A stretch of DNA of 64,000 nt from Novakomyces olei (taxonomy: Eukaryota): NCBI GenBank assembly GCA_016906335.1, contig JADEYG010000012.1, forward strand, positions 1,240,001-1,304,000. The letters run 5' to 3'. Both the position numbers and the translations under genes were made by a program. A model generated the notes under the pieces. It ran no database searches, had not been told where the DNA came from, and saw only the letters and a program-made list of their open reading frames with translations. Positions 13,058-27,574 of the stretch are shown here, piece after piece. Position 1 is the first letter of the stretch. Each line of letters starts with the position of its first letter.

Positions 13058-13456
13058 ATCAGGCAGAATATCATGCTATTTCAAGGTCAAGCCGAGCCAA
13101 GTCACAACTAGTGATATTGAATCGAAATTATGTAGTCGTGTATGTAAATGAAATTTCGCAATGTAAACCACATTTTTTTTTGGTTCTAGCTTCGGGTTTG
13201 GGTCCCATTGAAAGAGCCCGTTTTCATAAATGCAAAACTATTATTACTAATAAATCAAGTTCTGCTTTGAACCAAAACGCGCTGTACTGACAAGTGTGCA
13301 ATATACAAAGAATTCATATAATCAAATATACCATTATTCCTGTTTCTTCAAAAGCTAACTCATACACGTATTACCCTCATCAATCTGATATCCATACCAG
13401 AACCAACGATCTATTTGCTTTTACTTTATTTTGTTATCCCCTGAAATGCCATTGCC

Positions 13457-14857
13457 TTATTTTCTCCGTCGAGCCCGATTAGGATCACGTCCCATACCAA
13501 TTTGAATCCTGGTAGAATGTGAGCGCGCGCCTGTTAAAAGACCTGGCATCCAATCAGGATCATCGAAACTAGCCGAAGCCAATCGGGACTGCTTATTCTC
13601 CCAGTTAGCGTGTTTTTGAGCCCGCTGGTACTCGACCTGATCTTCTGAGAGAATAGGGTTTTTGCTACCCTTTTGATTACTTTGCCCCTGCCTGGGTTTC
13701 GGTAAAGAGTATACATTTCCTCGATTCCTCCACTGCATATTCCGTTTTAAATGAACGTTAAAAGTACCATCACGTTCGGTGGAGACTGAAGTGCGTAACA
13801 GCGTTGCGTTTCCGCAAGAAGGACAAAACCTTTTGCTCATATCCCGAGTAATCTTAAAGCACGCATGACAGCGCAGTACCCACGTCTTTACCCGTGCAAT
13901 TCTCTCCCCACCGTCAACAGAGACTAGATTTAGTCCGATTTGAAGTGCGATATTTTGCATAGCAAAGTCACTAGTAGCAATAGCAACTTTCATAGTAGAC
14001 ACTTGCTTTCCACTTATGGCTTCTCCAGAGCCAAGAGTATCACGCTGTTTATGCTTGCCTATATTAGACGGTGTAATCCATTCAGACCCAGAATTATCTT
14101 CGTCTGATGAAGAATCTGTCAAGGATGTAGAGCCGTCTTTGGGAGTATCACCGGTAGGTCTCGCACCACCGTCTTGTAACGTACCCATAGTATGATTTGA
14201 TTGTTTTATTGTGGTCTCCTGCTCTTTTAATAAAGGCGATCCAGTAGCATTTGTAGTTGGATCATACAGCTCTGAATTTGGGTTATCGCCTTCTTGATCT
14301 TTGTCGTTTTCTTTTCCCCTTAAATCGCCACTAAAAGATTTTGCCTGCGAGTCTTTGTCGATATCAGAATCCTCATTCTTGCCAGATAATTCTGTCGCTT
14401 CACCAAATTTTGACTCTTTGATACTGACTTTCTCCATATCCTCTTCAAGCCGGGCAGGTGGTTTGCCGTTCAATCGTTTCTGACCTGGCTCATTACGAAG
14501 TCGCCAATCGCCATGATTCAGACGGCATTCTTCCTGGTAACAAAGAGCTAATAGATCTAAATCAGTGCCAGATAGCACTTGCAAATCTCCAGTTTTGCGA
14601 GCAAAAGTTTTGACAAATTCAATACTCGCCGGGCTTGGTCTCTCCAGAGAAAATGAATCGGCGGCTGCAGCTATTTGCAGTTCAAAGGCCTTCTTAGTTT
14701 GAGCGTCTTTTATCTCTGCTACAACTTGAGGCGTCGTTACAATACGCCGTGACCGTGCCCTTAGAGTCTGTAACGAGTTTTTTATGACAGGGCCAGTATC
14801 GATTATTAAAGTATCGATCGGTACAGGCGGCCGATGGCCACCGTCTGTCGAAGTCAT
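13457..14857 (-). CDS. NOB1: 20S pre-rRNA D-site endonuclease Nob1
   Basis: PIN domain (LIIDTG, FARKTGDLQVLSGTD), EWITPSN, TSDFAMQN and zinc ribbon LRCHACF...FCPSCG. Confidence 0.96.
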   Translation of the reverse strand: MTSTDGGHRPPVPIDTLIIDTGPVIKNSLQTLRARSRRIVTTPQVVAEIKDAQTKKAFELQIAAAADSFSLERPSPASIEFVKTFARKTGDLQVLSGTDLDLLALCYQEECRLNHGDWRLRNEPGQKRLNGKPPARLEEDMEKVSIKESKFGEATELSGKNEDSDIDKDSQAKSFSGDLRGKENDKDQEGDNPNSELYDPTTNATGSPLLKEQETTIKQSNHTMGTLQDGGARPTGDTPKDGSTSLTDSSSDEDNSGSEWITPSNIGKHKQRDTLGSGEAISGKQVSTMKVAIATSDFAMQNIALQIGLNLVSVDGGERIARVKTWVLRCHACFKITRDMSKRFCPSCGNATLLRTSVSTERDGTFNVHLKRNMQWRNRGNVYSLPKPRQGQSNQKGSKNPILSEDQVEYQRAQKHANWENKQSRLASASFDDPDWMPGLLTGARSHSTRIQIGMGRDPNRARRRK

Positions 14858-15311
14858 TTTAGGCTCTGTAAAAAAATACTTCAAGACTGCATTCTAATTT
14901 ATTTTCTTTTTTATTTTCCTGTTATTTTTAATTATCTATCTATCTATTTATTATCTTCTAATTTTTAATTTTTAAATTTTAATTATATATTTATTTATCT
15001 ATTCATTTATTCCTTATCTATTTTTCTCATTCTGTTCTTTTTTCCTTGTTACTCTTTCTCTTTCTCTTATTTAATGTATGTTTTTGACAATGAAGACAAG
15101 AATAAGGGATTGGGAATCTGCTGTACGAGAATCATATAGTATTATTGCAGCTATAATAACGCTATATAATAAAGCACGGAGACAAGATTGACATGTATGA
15201 AGTCAAACTTCCGGCAGTGCGTCTAGCGTAGCAATGACCACGCCCGGCCAGCAATAAAATGGAGCTAAAGAATGAAACTGCCTTTTACTGATTTGCAACG
15301 GATAGACGGTT

Positions 15312-17630
15312 ATGCATTTCTGCCTCAGTCTGATTCTCCTCTGGTTACAGGCAATAGCTGTTGCTGCCAACAGCAAGGTCACAGATCTGCTGTACTCGAA
15401 CAAATCATTTTCTCCGTTTATAAGGCAGTTGCAACGGCATCGGCTCCTGCCGTACATTAACACGCGTGAGGATATCACTGTTCTTGCCCCGCTCGATTAT
15501 GATACGGGCGATGTCTCTCGAGACCGAGTGCTCTACCATCTGGTCCCCTTTGCCTGGCGCCTTGGCGATACTACGAACTCGACCGGTTTTGCTGTAGAAT
15601 CGCTACTGGACCGTAATGCCACTGGTCAAAGTGAGCGTGGAGTCGGCGTTAGAACCGACGGTCAGCGGCTGAATAATAAGGCCATTATTCATCAAGATTG
15701 GAGTGCTTCAAACGGGTACGTTCAGGTCATTGAGTCTGCTCTCTCTGTGCCCACAAATTCTACGGAATTCTTACACGAATTGGGACCCGACTACTCGCTG
15801 TACCGATCCATGATGGCAAATGACGTCAGCATTGGGCAGAGTACGCTTTTCATTGTCAATAATACCGCCTTCAATTATAACGAGATTGAGGTAAATTTCC
15901 TGCTGCACAAGGATGCAGGCAGTAAAGCCCGGTCGGCTATTATAAACAGACACATTGTGCCCGGAGAAATACTCTGGCAAAGTGAAATCAAAAGCAGGCC
16001 TGCTCTCGCCTCCCGAGCAGGGAAACTACGTGTCCATAAGCAAACAGGCAACGGGGATGCGAAGGGCGATTTGTATATTGAAAATGCTCAGATTGTAGAG
16101 ACCGATCTCATTGCCCGTGACGCAGTTTTCCACGTACTCGCTGGCCCTTGCATTGCTTACAAGTTTGGTGTTTACGATTACTTGCACGGCATGAACGCGT
16201 CCGTTTTTGCTCGTGTTTTACATAAAAGCTCTGCACGTGATCGTGCGGGCGATCGCAGCATATCCAAGATCGTTGCTGCCCTTCATGATGGAGAGGCAGC
16301 ATCAAGCCAGATTAATACGGAACGAGCTTTACGGTATATACTAAATGTTCCAGAGCAGACCCCATCTGCCTTTGAAGGACTTGCTCGATCTTGGCGGGAG
16401 TCGCCTCGACTAGGTGGCGACTATGAGCGAGTTGGAATAGTCATCAAGGACGGTAAACTGCTACAAGTTGCAGGTCAACGCGTAACTGCCCAGTCTAGTG
16501 TGGGCGACACTACGATAGCCATAATCAGTGGTCAATTAGAGTCTCCTCCCTCACTGGCCGATGCGTTACGGGCGCGTTCTAATGTCCGTTTGACACGCGA
16601 TTTTCTACAGGGCGGGGATGTGTTGCACGATTTAGACGCGTGGCATAACGTGACACTGATCCTGCCGACGGACGAGTATTGGCATCGGCTGGGAATGATG
16701 AGGCAATATCTTTTTGCGCCAGAGAGACAGAGCCTTGCTCGTGATTTTGTGCTAGGCTTTGCCTTAAACAAAGCAATTTATATGAAGGAAATGGGTGTGA
16801 GTGGGTATAGCGACGAGGCAGTATTGCGGTTAAACGGGAGGGAAGCAAAGGTTTCAACAAGCAATTCTAATAGCCGCACCAATAGCCAACTGGCGCTAGA
16901 CAATCAGGCCTTTTCCTCTGTGGAGACAGACATTTTACTCGGCAATGGCGTCATGCACGTTGTCGAGGGTAACGAGTTCCCGACCAATATTTCCCAAATT
17001 TTGCCCTTTGACTTCAGGGTTAATAGGTCAGAATTGCTAAGGGCTTCTGATTGTGGGCTCTTTGTGGACGCTTGTCGATATTTCGGACTGGATGCTTTTA
17101 TCGATGGCCACCCAAGTACGGCTGCGATTGTCTTGGCGGTAAAAGATACACTGCTTTTGCCTTACTTGTCAGCCCTGACGGATTCGCAATTAGAATACTG
17201 GTTAAAATTGCATTTCTTAAAGCCTGTAAACGGCTCAAATGACTTTGTTACGATAAATGACAAGAGCGATATTAATGTAACAACAGGCACAGGCGACTCA
17301 AAATCAAACGGGGCCGTTTCTATAAGAGGAGCAGAGTGTTCATTAGTGCGCAAGATTATTGATCAAGGTACCGCGACCGATGGCGGGCAAGTTTACGTGC
17401 TGAACAAGCCGCTTGAAGGCACATGTGTGCCCGCTGTCGTATATCGCTGGAGCATATGGGAAATTATTGGCATTATTGTAGGCAGTTTTGCAGTTATACT
17501 CGCAATTGGATTGTTGGGGGTTAAATTAAATCCTCGCGTTCGGCGCTTGTACTTTTCGAAACTTCAGAGGCGCGTTGTTGAAACGGTACCTGACGAGCAG
17601 TCGCCTTTGTTGCAAAATGCATCATCTTGA
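15312..17630 (+). CDS. Multi-fasciclin (FAS1) domain type I membrane protein, Fsc1/YLR001C-like
   Basis: Signal peptide; repeated FAS1 H1/H2 motifs (TVLAP, ASNGYVQVIES, TDILLGNGVMHVV); C-terminal TM helix; acidic dileucine motif DEQSPLL. Confidence 0.82.
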   Translation: MHFCLSLILLWLQAIAVAANSKVTDLLYSNKSFSPFIRQLQRHRLLPYINTREDITVLAPLDYDTGDVSRDRVLYHLVPFAWRLGDTTNSTGFAVESLLDRNATGQSERGVGVRTDGQRLNNKAIIHQDWSASNGYVQVIESALSVPTNSTEFLHELGPDYSLYRSMMANDVSIGQSTLFIVNNTAFNYNEIEVNFLLHKDAGSKARSAIINRHIVPGEILWQSEIKSRPALASRAGKLRVHKQTGNGDAKGDLYIENAQIVETDLIARDAVFHVLAGPCIAYKFGVYDYLHGMNASVFARVLHKSSARDRAGDRSISKIVAALHDGEAASSQINTERALRYILNVPEQTPSAFEGLARSWRESPRLGGDYERVGIVIKDGKLLQVAGQRVTAQSSVGDTTIAIISGQLESPPSLADALRARSNVRLTRDFLQGGDVLHDLDAWHNVTLILPTDEYWHRLGMMRQYLFAPERQSLARDFVLGFALNKAIYMKEMGVSGYSDEAVLRLNGREAKVSTSNSNSRTNSQLALDNQAFSSVETDILLGNGVMHVVEGNEFPTNISQILPFDFRVNRSELLRASDCGLFVDACRYFGLDAFIDGHPSTAAIVLAVKDTLLLPYLSALTDSQLEYWLKLHFLKPVNGSNDFVTINDKSDINVTTGTGDSKSNGAVSIRGAECSLVRKIIDQGTATDGGQVYVLNKPLEGTCVPAVVYRWSIWEIIGIIVGSFAVILAIGLLGVKLNPRVRRLYFSKLQRRVVETVPDEQSPLLQNASS

Positions 17631-18031
17631 GAGCGATTTGGTATTTGATTTACTTTAATCTTTTATTATCGCATCTAATTTCACGGTCTCTCGTCGTCAT
17701 TGTGTATTTTTATTAAAGTCATTTCCTTTATTATAATGTTTTTGTTCAACGGATAGCCATTGGAGTATTTAGATTCGAGCATAGTAATGCATAGCATTTG
17801 CATTTAAATGTTTAATACCTGTTTAAATGTGCTCTTCAACAAATCGTTCTCGTTTCCTCCTGTACGTGTATAAAAAGAAACTTGTCAGGGTTAGGGTTAA
17901 TATGGCGTAGACAAAGTTTAAATAAAAAGTATCCACACAAATCGTAAAAGAGGCACATTTAGCACATCGTTCGGCAACTAGACTAATACTATGCTCAATT
18001 AGCTGCTCTAATAATACACCAATTACCGTGT

Positions 18032-18963
18032 ATGCTTCCGACCCCAAACTATGATCATTTACGACAGCGGTGCTACAATACGGTTTATGAGCCAGCCGGT
18101 AATCTAATTTATTTTCCTGCGTAAAGCTGCTGACCCTTTGTAGAAGACACATTTGTGCTGTTAGACGCGCTCGAAGCTGATTGCCTTTTTTTACAGAATC
18201 GTTTCTCATCATTGCTGCCCCGAATTCCGTTGGTTGTTGAAATTGGGTACGGTAGAAATATATTAGATTTTAACATACAGATCAGGTTCAGGCGTCGTTG
18301 GTGCTTTTGTACAGGCAATTTTGAAGCCCACGAGTAAGTTGTTCGCAACTTTTGTTTCTCCAATTCTTGTACTAGATATTTCTTTTCGATGAATTTTTTG
18401 AACAAAAAAAGAATGAATAAATGAACGAACGAATATTTTTCGATTTATGATTTTTATAAACTAATGTTTTTGATTATGAATTTATTTTTAACGATTCTTT
18501 CTGTTGGACGAGCTGAACAATAGTCACTTTTTGCACGGACATAAATGGGCAAGCTTGCCAGGCAACGCGTGAAGCGTCTACTGTAAATTGTGTGAACGAG
18601 TATCTTTGCCCTATACAAACTTATTTGTTATCGGGGTTAAGGACCCCCGTGGGAATTGACCTTCTTATATTTAATCCCCCTTATTATCCTACAGAGGAGG
18701 CAGAAGTCGATCACGAGGGAGGCATTGCCGCCGCTTGGGCCGGAGGTTTAAGAGGAATTGCTGTATTGCAACAAGTTTTGGATAACGTGCAAGACATTTT
18801 GTCTGACAATGGAGTTTTCTACACTGTGGCCGTGGCACAAAATAAACCGTATCAGATTATTGAGTCTCTAAATCTGAAGCCGGGAATTTTTGCCACACTC
18901 TGCCTGGATCGGAAAGCAGGACGGGAGCATTTATACATTATCAAAATTTGTAAACAAGACTAG
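18032..18963 (+). CDS. MTQ2: HemK2/N6AMT1-family eRF1 glutamine methyltransferase, 4 exons
   Basis: Exons assemble to MLPTP...VYEPA|EDTFVLLDALE...VVEIG|SGSGVV...CTDIN...LLIFNPPY...AWAGG. Introns at about 18109-18143, 18247-18280 and 18333-18523. Confidence 0.92.
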
Positions 18964-19319
18964 ACTTAAATGGAATAAATTGACGATATTGAAATAAAAA
19001 GGAATTAATGGTAGTAAAGTTTTAAAATACAGAAAACGTGTTTTGGAGTACAGGATTATCCCAATATTCTACAACATCTAGTAAAATCTCCAAAATATAA
19101 TTTTTATTTTTTTACGTCTGGCTTTAATTGCAACGCCGATTATTGGCCACATATCCAGAATGATCAAACACGTCTCAGTCTGTACTTAAACAGGTGACAA
19201 GCCCGGCCACCATTCAGAGAAATTTTTGTTTATACTTTTTTCACACGAACATTCTATATTACAGAATTGAAGGAATTCTATTAAATTATTTAAAATTATC
19301 GGATAATGTAATGACAGGC

Positions 19320-21298
19320 TCATTGGGGCTGTCCGAATACCCTTTGTCTCCATTCCTTTAATCGCTTTTTCTTTCCGTATTTCTTCTTGTCATTCTCACG
19401 CAATTCCTTTGGCCGATAAGGATGCAGTTTCTTGAGACCAATAAGCTCGTTGAGATCAGCGTCGTCCGCGTTCAAAATATCTATAGCATCCAGGCCAAAA
19501 GAATCCGGATCGGATTTAGCATACTTGAACCTCGTTACCAAATCGCCACCGATAACGTCTTCATAATTTAATTGATACTTATCCGCGACAAATTCACGTA
19601 GCTTTCGTTTCTTCTCTCTCGACTCCTTCTTACTCTGCTTGCCAGCCTCTGAACGATTGCCCACCACAATGTTTGCTTCATCAGCTTGCGAATTGGAAGC
19701 AACTTCAGCCTGTGAGTTTGCTCCGCTAGGGTATGAGCCGCCTTCTTCTGCAACAATATCGGAAATATCGATATCATCGTCAAATTTTGGCTTCTTTCTC
19801 TCCTGAGAATGGTAATACGCATCATCAAATATAGCGTTCATTTTTTCGTCAAACTTATTGGGATCAAAATCCTCTTCCAGGTCCAACTTTTTCAAGGTAA
19901 TATCCATATCTTCTCCGGTAATTTTGCGAATTTGTTCCAACTTTTGTAGCAGCTGCTCCTGCTTCAAGTTTTTTAGTCTTTGAATTTCGGATAGTTTTTC
20001 GTCCTTTTCTCGCTTTTTACGCTCATTTCGAGCACGTCTCTCAGCCGAACGCTTGTCATCTTTCCGTCTCAGGGTATCGGGAATATCACGCGGATGAGAA
20101 ACGATCTGGTTCGCTTCAACATTATTTGCGTCCTGATTTTCAAATCGAAAATTATAAGCAGATTCAAACTCTTCGTTATGATCTTCAAAGGATTCATCAG
20201 AAGCAGCTTCATCAACTATTTCCTGGTAAGAGGGGATTCTGTCCTTTGCTGATGATCCGAGCCATTTGCGGTTAATCATAAAATCCATGAGAAACTTGTT
20301 TTCCGTCTCTTTATCGATTGGGTCTAATGCAGAGGGTACTGCTCCGTCCACCATCTGCTCACCAAGCCCTATCAACGGCGCGGTCGCGTCAACCGCTTCT
20401 GCATCAACAACTCCGTCCTTGATAATATCTTTCTCCTGTAAAATTTCCTTTAAATCGTCTTTGCCACTCAGCCATTGTTCCAACATTTGCCGTGATTGTT
20501 TGTCACGTAAACCGTCCAGCAAAAATCTTTTATATGAATTTTCTTCTTCTTGCTCCTCCGCCTCTGTTTTTTTCCGCACGGTTAAGAAATCGTCTCCGTC
20601 TTCCTCTTGTTGCGCCTGATTTCCGTCTGAAGCAGTATGAAAAGCATTACGAACTTCGTCTTTTAATTGCCTCTGTTCTTCGACATGTGTAGAAACCTCT
20701 CCTTCTCCATCTTCATCGTTGGAAACGCCAGATAAGAGATTGCGACGATGGAAGTCTTTAAGATGCATTGGCTTCTCGTCTTTGCCGGAACTGGTCTGCA
20801 CTGTGCCCAGTCTTTTCGCGGCCTCACGTGCCTTTTCCTCAAGCGACTTGAAGTAATCATTTTGAGCTCCATACACGGATGGATCCTTGTTACGAAGAGC
20901 CAGTATAGTATTGAGAATGGCAGCATCTACTGCTGGAGTCACCAAATCTGCGTCAGAGTCCTCGTCTGACTCGGACGAAGACGATTCATCAGAGCCTTCA
21001 CTTTCCGAGCCGTTTCCCAGCTTTTCTTGCACTTGTTTGTTAGCACGTTTCACGGTTTGATTTAAATATCATGGATGCTAAAAGACTTACAGCGATGGAG
21101 TTCTTCCCGTTTCTTGTTGTGCTCGAATCGGCGAGCATAATCCTCATTGACTTTCAATGCAACGCTGTCACCATCAGGCAGGTCGCCTTCATCAAACATA
21201 GAGCTCGCGCCATTTTTGACTACACCGTTCTCCGACTTTGCTGCCTGTCTGGCGGCAGCTTCTTGGGCCTTCTTTGTAGCCGACTTTTTGCGAGGCAT
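19320..21298 (-). CDS. KRI1: 40S ribosome biogenesis factor Kri1, intron 21032-21090
   Basis: Motifs LKVNEDYARRFEHNKKREELHR|LQEK, EEFESAYNFRFE, LNYEDVIGG..TRFKY and DLNELIGLKKLHPYR. Confidence 0.96.
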
Positions 21299-21675
21299 GT
21301 GACGCCGACGATACCTCTCTTAGTTTTGCTATTTTTTTAATTTTTAATTTTGATTTTTGATTTTTGATTTTTTTTTTTGAATTTTTTTTAAATATCTACT
21401 AATAGATTTCCATCTAGTACGGTTATTATCTGCCCACTCTTATGACTTATGACACTTTGCGCCAGTCAATTTTATAAGTGATATAAATGATATAATTCAG
21501 AGTAGGCTAAATTATAGAAGAAAATCGGTCGGCAATAAAATGGCAAACAAATAATTTGCCAGTTGAGCGACAAAATTAGGCTCAACAAGCGCAGTAAGAT
21601 AATTTAACAAATAATTTAATAAATAGTACTATTTCCAATCCCTACGTTCTAGAGATTTGCAAGATAGATCTGACA

Positions 21676-23263
<1,588 letters not shown>

Positions 23264-23772
23264 ACTTAAAACTGTATTAAATTATATGTAAAAGCAGATA
23301 GTGATATCTAAAAAGTCGAGTTTGTTTAAAAAAACTGCTAATAATTTATGTTGTGAACTGTACATTAACAGATCAAAACAATACTTTAATTCTTATTGTC
23401 AAGGCATTTTGCGACGGACGATACGGCCTGCTCTACTCTGCAAGTATCTTCTCGTTTATCATAACCCAAAAATCCAACGGCTCGTTCTTTGAAAAACGTC
23501 TCAAACCGATTGGCAAACAAAAAAATAGCATCAAACTTTGAACAGCTTAAATGAGCAGTAAAAGGCGTACGACTATATATGTACGAATACCAAAACTTTA
23601 CCTTTGCGCTTTCATGCAAAGATTGCATCACAAAAAATAAACTTAAAATAAATAACCCTAACCCTAAGCATGATTTTAACAATATGATTCCCCGCGATCA
23701 GGAGCACGTGACCAACCGACCATACGGCATTTGATCGCAGTTGCTTTACGCACCCGACAAATCAAAGGCATC

Positions 23773-24900
23773 ATGACAATGGCGAGCTTGTTTCATGAGC
23801 CAGAAACAACATGCCGGTCATTGGAAGATGTGGACTACCTTAATTTTCGGCTGTCTCTTCTTATCGCTCTTGGTACGAAGGCCGTATTGCCAACCGAATT
23901 AACGTCTTTTTATTAGGCCTGATCGCTTCATACTTGCCACAGCATATTCGCATAATCAAAAGGGGAACGTCGGACGGTATCAATTCATTCTACCTTTTTC
24001 TGGGTGTAACGAGCTGTACCAATGCTTTTTTAAATGTGCTTGTTCTTCAGAATGATGTACTTGGCTGCTGCCGTGAACTGGTACGAGACATACTTGGCTC
24101 CTGATTATATATCGGCTCACCTTTCACATTTTCCCAATCTTAGAGCTTTTACCATTTTCAATACTCCTTTATTTTTAGAGCTTTTTTTTTTCAATGCTCT
24201 TTCCAATGCTAATACTCTAGTCACCGATTCCCTGTTTTGCAGCAACTTTGGGCGTAGTTCAGACCGCTCTTCAGCTCGTTATGTTTACGACAACGCAAGT
24301 ATTTGGACTTGATTTATACTAACCGTCTAAAGGTTCGTACTTTCTATGATTTACTTTGCACGGCCATACTACTTCCCCGTGAGCTCGGACTCGGAGGTCC
24401 CACCAACGCCTGTTTTTGTGCCACGGAGCAGCATGCGCGAATGGCGCCAGGCTATTGTCCTGACAGTCCTGGCCGGTTTTCATTTTACAGTGTTTTTCGC
24501 TGTTTCCTTGTGGTACATGCTGAGTGGACGAGCCCATACGGCTGGCCGCGTATGGGCTGACTGGCTAGGTGGCTCTGCCATGATACTGGCCGCTTGCCAG
24601 TATGTTCCGCAGCTGCATGAAACGTTAAAGCACAAGCACGCAGGCAGCTTGAGTATTTTGACCATGCTGATACAGACGCCGGGCAGCTTTGTTTTCGCTT
24701 ACAGTCTCTGGAGAAGGGAAGATACGAAATGGTCGAGCTGGATCATGTTTGTGGTTACGGGCTCATTGCAAATGATCTTATTGCTACTCTGTCTTTGGTA
24801 CACTTACCGCGAAAAGCATCGCAAACGAAGCCCTTCGCCTTCACGGGAGCGGGAGCAAGAACAAGTGGATCTCTTGGAATCGGAGACTGGACGGCAGTAG
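23773..24900 (+). CDS. PQ-loop repeat membrane protein; introns 23873-23916, 24081-24220 and GC-AG 24295-24332
   Basis: Two PQ motifs (SYLPQHIRI...TSDGI and QYVPQL...AGSLSI), several TM helices and a C-terminal EQVDLL dileucine motif. Confidence 0.88.
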
Positions 24901-25220
24901 GCGTTTTGAGCAGCGTCGTCGTTTGTAAAGTAGGAAAAAGTATGTACAGTGTAAAAAGCAAGCTACTCAATTCAGTCTATCGCTTTTTATAATTAAAACA
25001 GAAAGCAGACTGTTCATTCCTGTGCAATGTAGTATGGTGTTGTCACACTTTTGCCTTTAGATCGATAGTATATTTTCCTAATGATAATTGATGGAATAAA
25101 ATGTATATTTGCTCATAGCTTATCAATATATTATTGCTATTTGTCATTATTACTATATGGCAGACAATATATGGCTCATAGATACCAGATCCTTGATTTA
25201 TGAGTTGCGTCCCCGCAAAA

Positions 25221-27392
25221 ATGTCGGTGAAGGCAACGCTGGACGAATTATTATATCAGATCCGAGTGCAAAAATGCTCAATTATAGAGTAATGTCCGTC
25301 TATACGCTTGCGCTAATGAGACAAAGTGTAGAAAACGATTTGGCGTTTGTTCTTGCGGCATTGCAAAATACACAAAATGTGCAAATTTTACTGCAGCAAT
25401 TGTCGCAACAGAAAACTCTGACGCGTAACAATGCTGAGCTGTGCGTGAGACTATATGCGTGTGTTTACAGTGCAGTTCAAACTCGAAAAAACAATAGTTT
25501 ATTCGACTTTGGGTCGTTCCTTGAATGTGCTTCAAGTCTTGGCGACGGTAGGCGGATTGAACTTTTATCGTTGCCATTTTTGCTAATGGGAAAGGCTCAG
25601 ACGAATTGAGCTGCCAGACTTTTGCCATTTTGCTGGCTGTAGTGCCTTATGTATCCCGTAGAAAACAACTGCGGGCAATTGCGAAACGGCTGAATGGTTT
25701 CCTGTCAAAAGGTTTGCACGGTCTATAGCCAAACACTAATATGTATAGAGCCCTCCGCTGAAGCATTAATATGTACTCTAGCAGTGAGCCTCAATGAAAC
25801 AAGCAAAATGCTGCTCGCCTACTTGAACAGTGATGTATTACGGCACTTTGAGATGATTGCTAAGTCGATAGTATGTATTACGAGCTACCGATACTGTCCT
25901 ATTCTCAGAGACAGGGATTTTGTCGCTAGTGAAGAGTTTTCGCTACCAAGAAACTGAAAGTGTGAAAAGCACATCAATGTACAAATACTTGTCCCCACTT
26001 TCGCGACTCGTCAAAAGTGTCATTGAGTCTGCCTCAACGGCTGTAGTATTGACACACTTGGAGAAGTATGTTATTCTAATCGTCGACTCTCCTAACAGAC
26101 AGCTGGATTGTCCAATCTGAGACGTGTAAAGGGTCTTTCTATGCAAAGGAGGTTTCAGACGCAGAAACTAGGAAGCATTGTATTGACAGTGTTTTTGCAC
26201 CAATCATGTATACATATGCTGTTTGCCTTTCATCGTATATAAACAGCTTGAACAGGTCTTCCATCAGGCACGCCGAAGGTAAACAAACTATTCTTTTCTT
26301 GCGTATCAACCTATTGCATTGAAAGTAAAATGTGTTTTGTTCTGGTTTTTTGTAGCTTGCGATCTTATTTATTATGTGTTATTTAGTTTAGTCTTTATTT
26401 TTTTTTTCTACATTGACTCATTGGCAGTCGTCTGCTCAAAGGTAGTTGTTATAATTAACAATCTACTTTTTATTCCATTTGAGGGCAATATGGAAATTCT
26501 GGGAGACATACACATGTCGTACTTGGTTTGTTTTGATACTTTACAAGAAAGCAAAGCCGATTTAGCAGACGAGTTGGATAAGCATTATTTTCAGCATGGC
26601 CCACTTGGTACGGCTCTTTACGCCTGTCAGGCTTACGAGCGATTTGTTGTCTTTGAGATGCTGGAGCAAATACTCGCAGAACCAAAATCGCCATGGAAAG
26701 TGCAGGAACGGTGGCTTTTACTGGCCATGTCGGCGTTGGAGCATGCCTTGTCAGAGAATAAAACACAGTCGAGTCCTGTAAGCGATGAGAAATTGAACAG
26801 ACTCGCTGGATCCGCTCATACCGTGTTCAATCTGTGTTTTTCTCAGCCGCGGTATGCTCTCTTTACAAGGAAGTATTGTGAAAAATACTACAAAGTCTCA
26901 AAGACTGCGTTTCTGAGGGACCGTTTAAGTGCTGATCAGTTTACGTTACTGGTCATAAGCTGTTATCAAACTCAAGCAAAGCAGTTACAGGAAAGGAGGC
27001 ATTTAGATATTATCAGTGATTTACATAATGAAATTGAACAAAGGCAATTAGATTACAAGGCATTGGAAAAAATTGATACGAAAACCAAGAGAGACACGGA
27101 AACGGAGGTATCGCAAATGGAGAAAGTAGCAATACACATTCAAGGCTTGATGAATGCTGTTATTGCAGTTGTTCCTCATGTGCCTACTACAGATATGATT
27201 TCTCGATTAAGAGAGACGCAGGCTTTGTTTTCCCATCTGCCTTTGGGCTTGAAAGCAAACATTCGCAAACGGTTTTTACAGTGTATTACTTCTGAATTAG
27301 ATGTTGAGCGCGCGGCCACTGCAACTCTGTGGTGGGCTCGGAATGGAGAAGGGTTCAAGATTGATGAATTGCAGGCCGATCATAAGCTCTAG
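25221..27392 (+). CDS. PEX8: Divergent peroxin Pex8-like protein, about 7 exons
   Basis: N-terminal LQNTQNVQILLQQL, internal NLLFI...YLVCFD and C-terminal ELDVERAATATLWW resemble recalled fungal Pex8 motifs, and the protein ends in PTS1-like HKL. Six GT-AG introns (first 25289-25326, last 26279-26427) give one open frame. Confidence 0.68.
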
Positions 27393-27574
27393 GTTTAGGG
27401 TTTGTTTTGTTTAATGTATTTTAAGACCGAATTTGCTCCTGTAAATTCATAACCCTCATGCAAAGTCATCCGCAGAGAATCGCCTGGGGATGGCTTTTTA
27501 ATAGCCCTCAAAAAGGCCTCAAAAGGCCTCAAAAAGGCCTAAATTTTGACTATAAAAAGATCTACTGATGCATC

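Noticed and set aside
19115..19230. TPP riboswitch, SECIS, tRNA or Sm snRNA identity for the hairpin island
   Set aside because: It has CTGAGA and an AATTTTTG stretch but lacks the remaining consensus elements of each class; kept only as an unassigned candidate.
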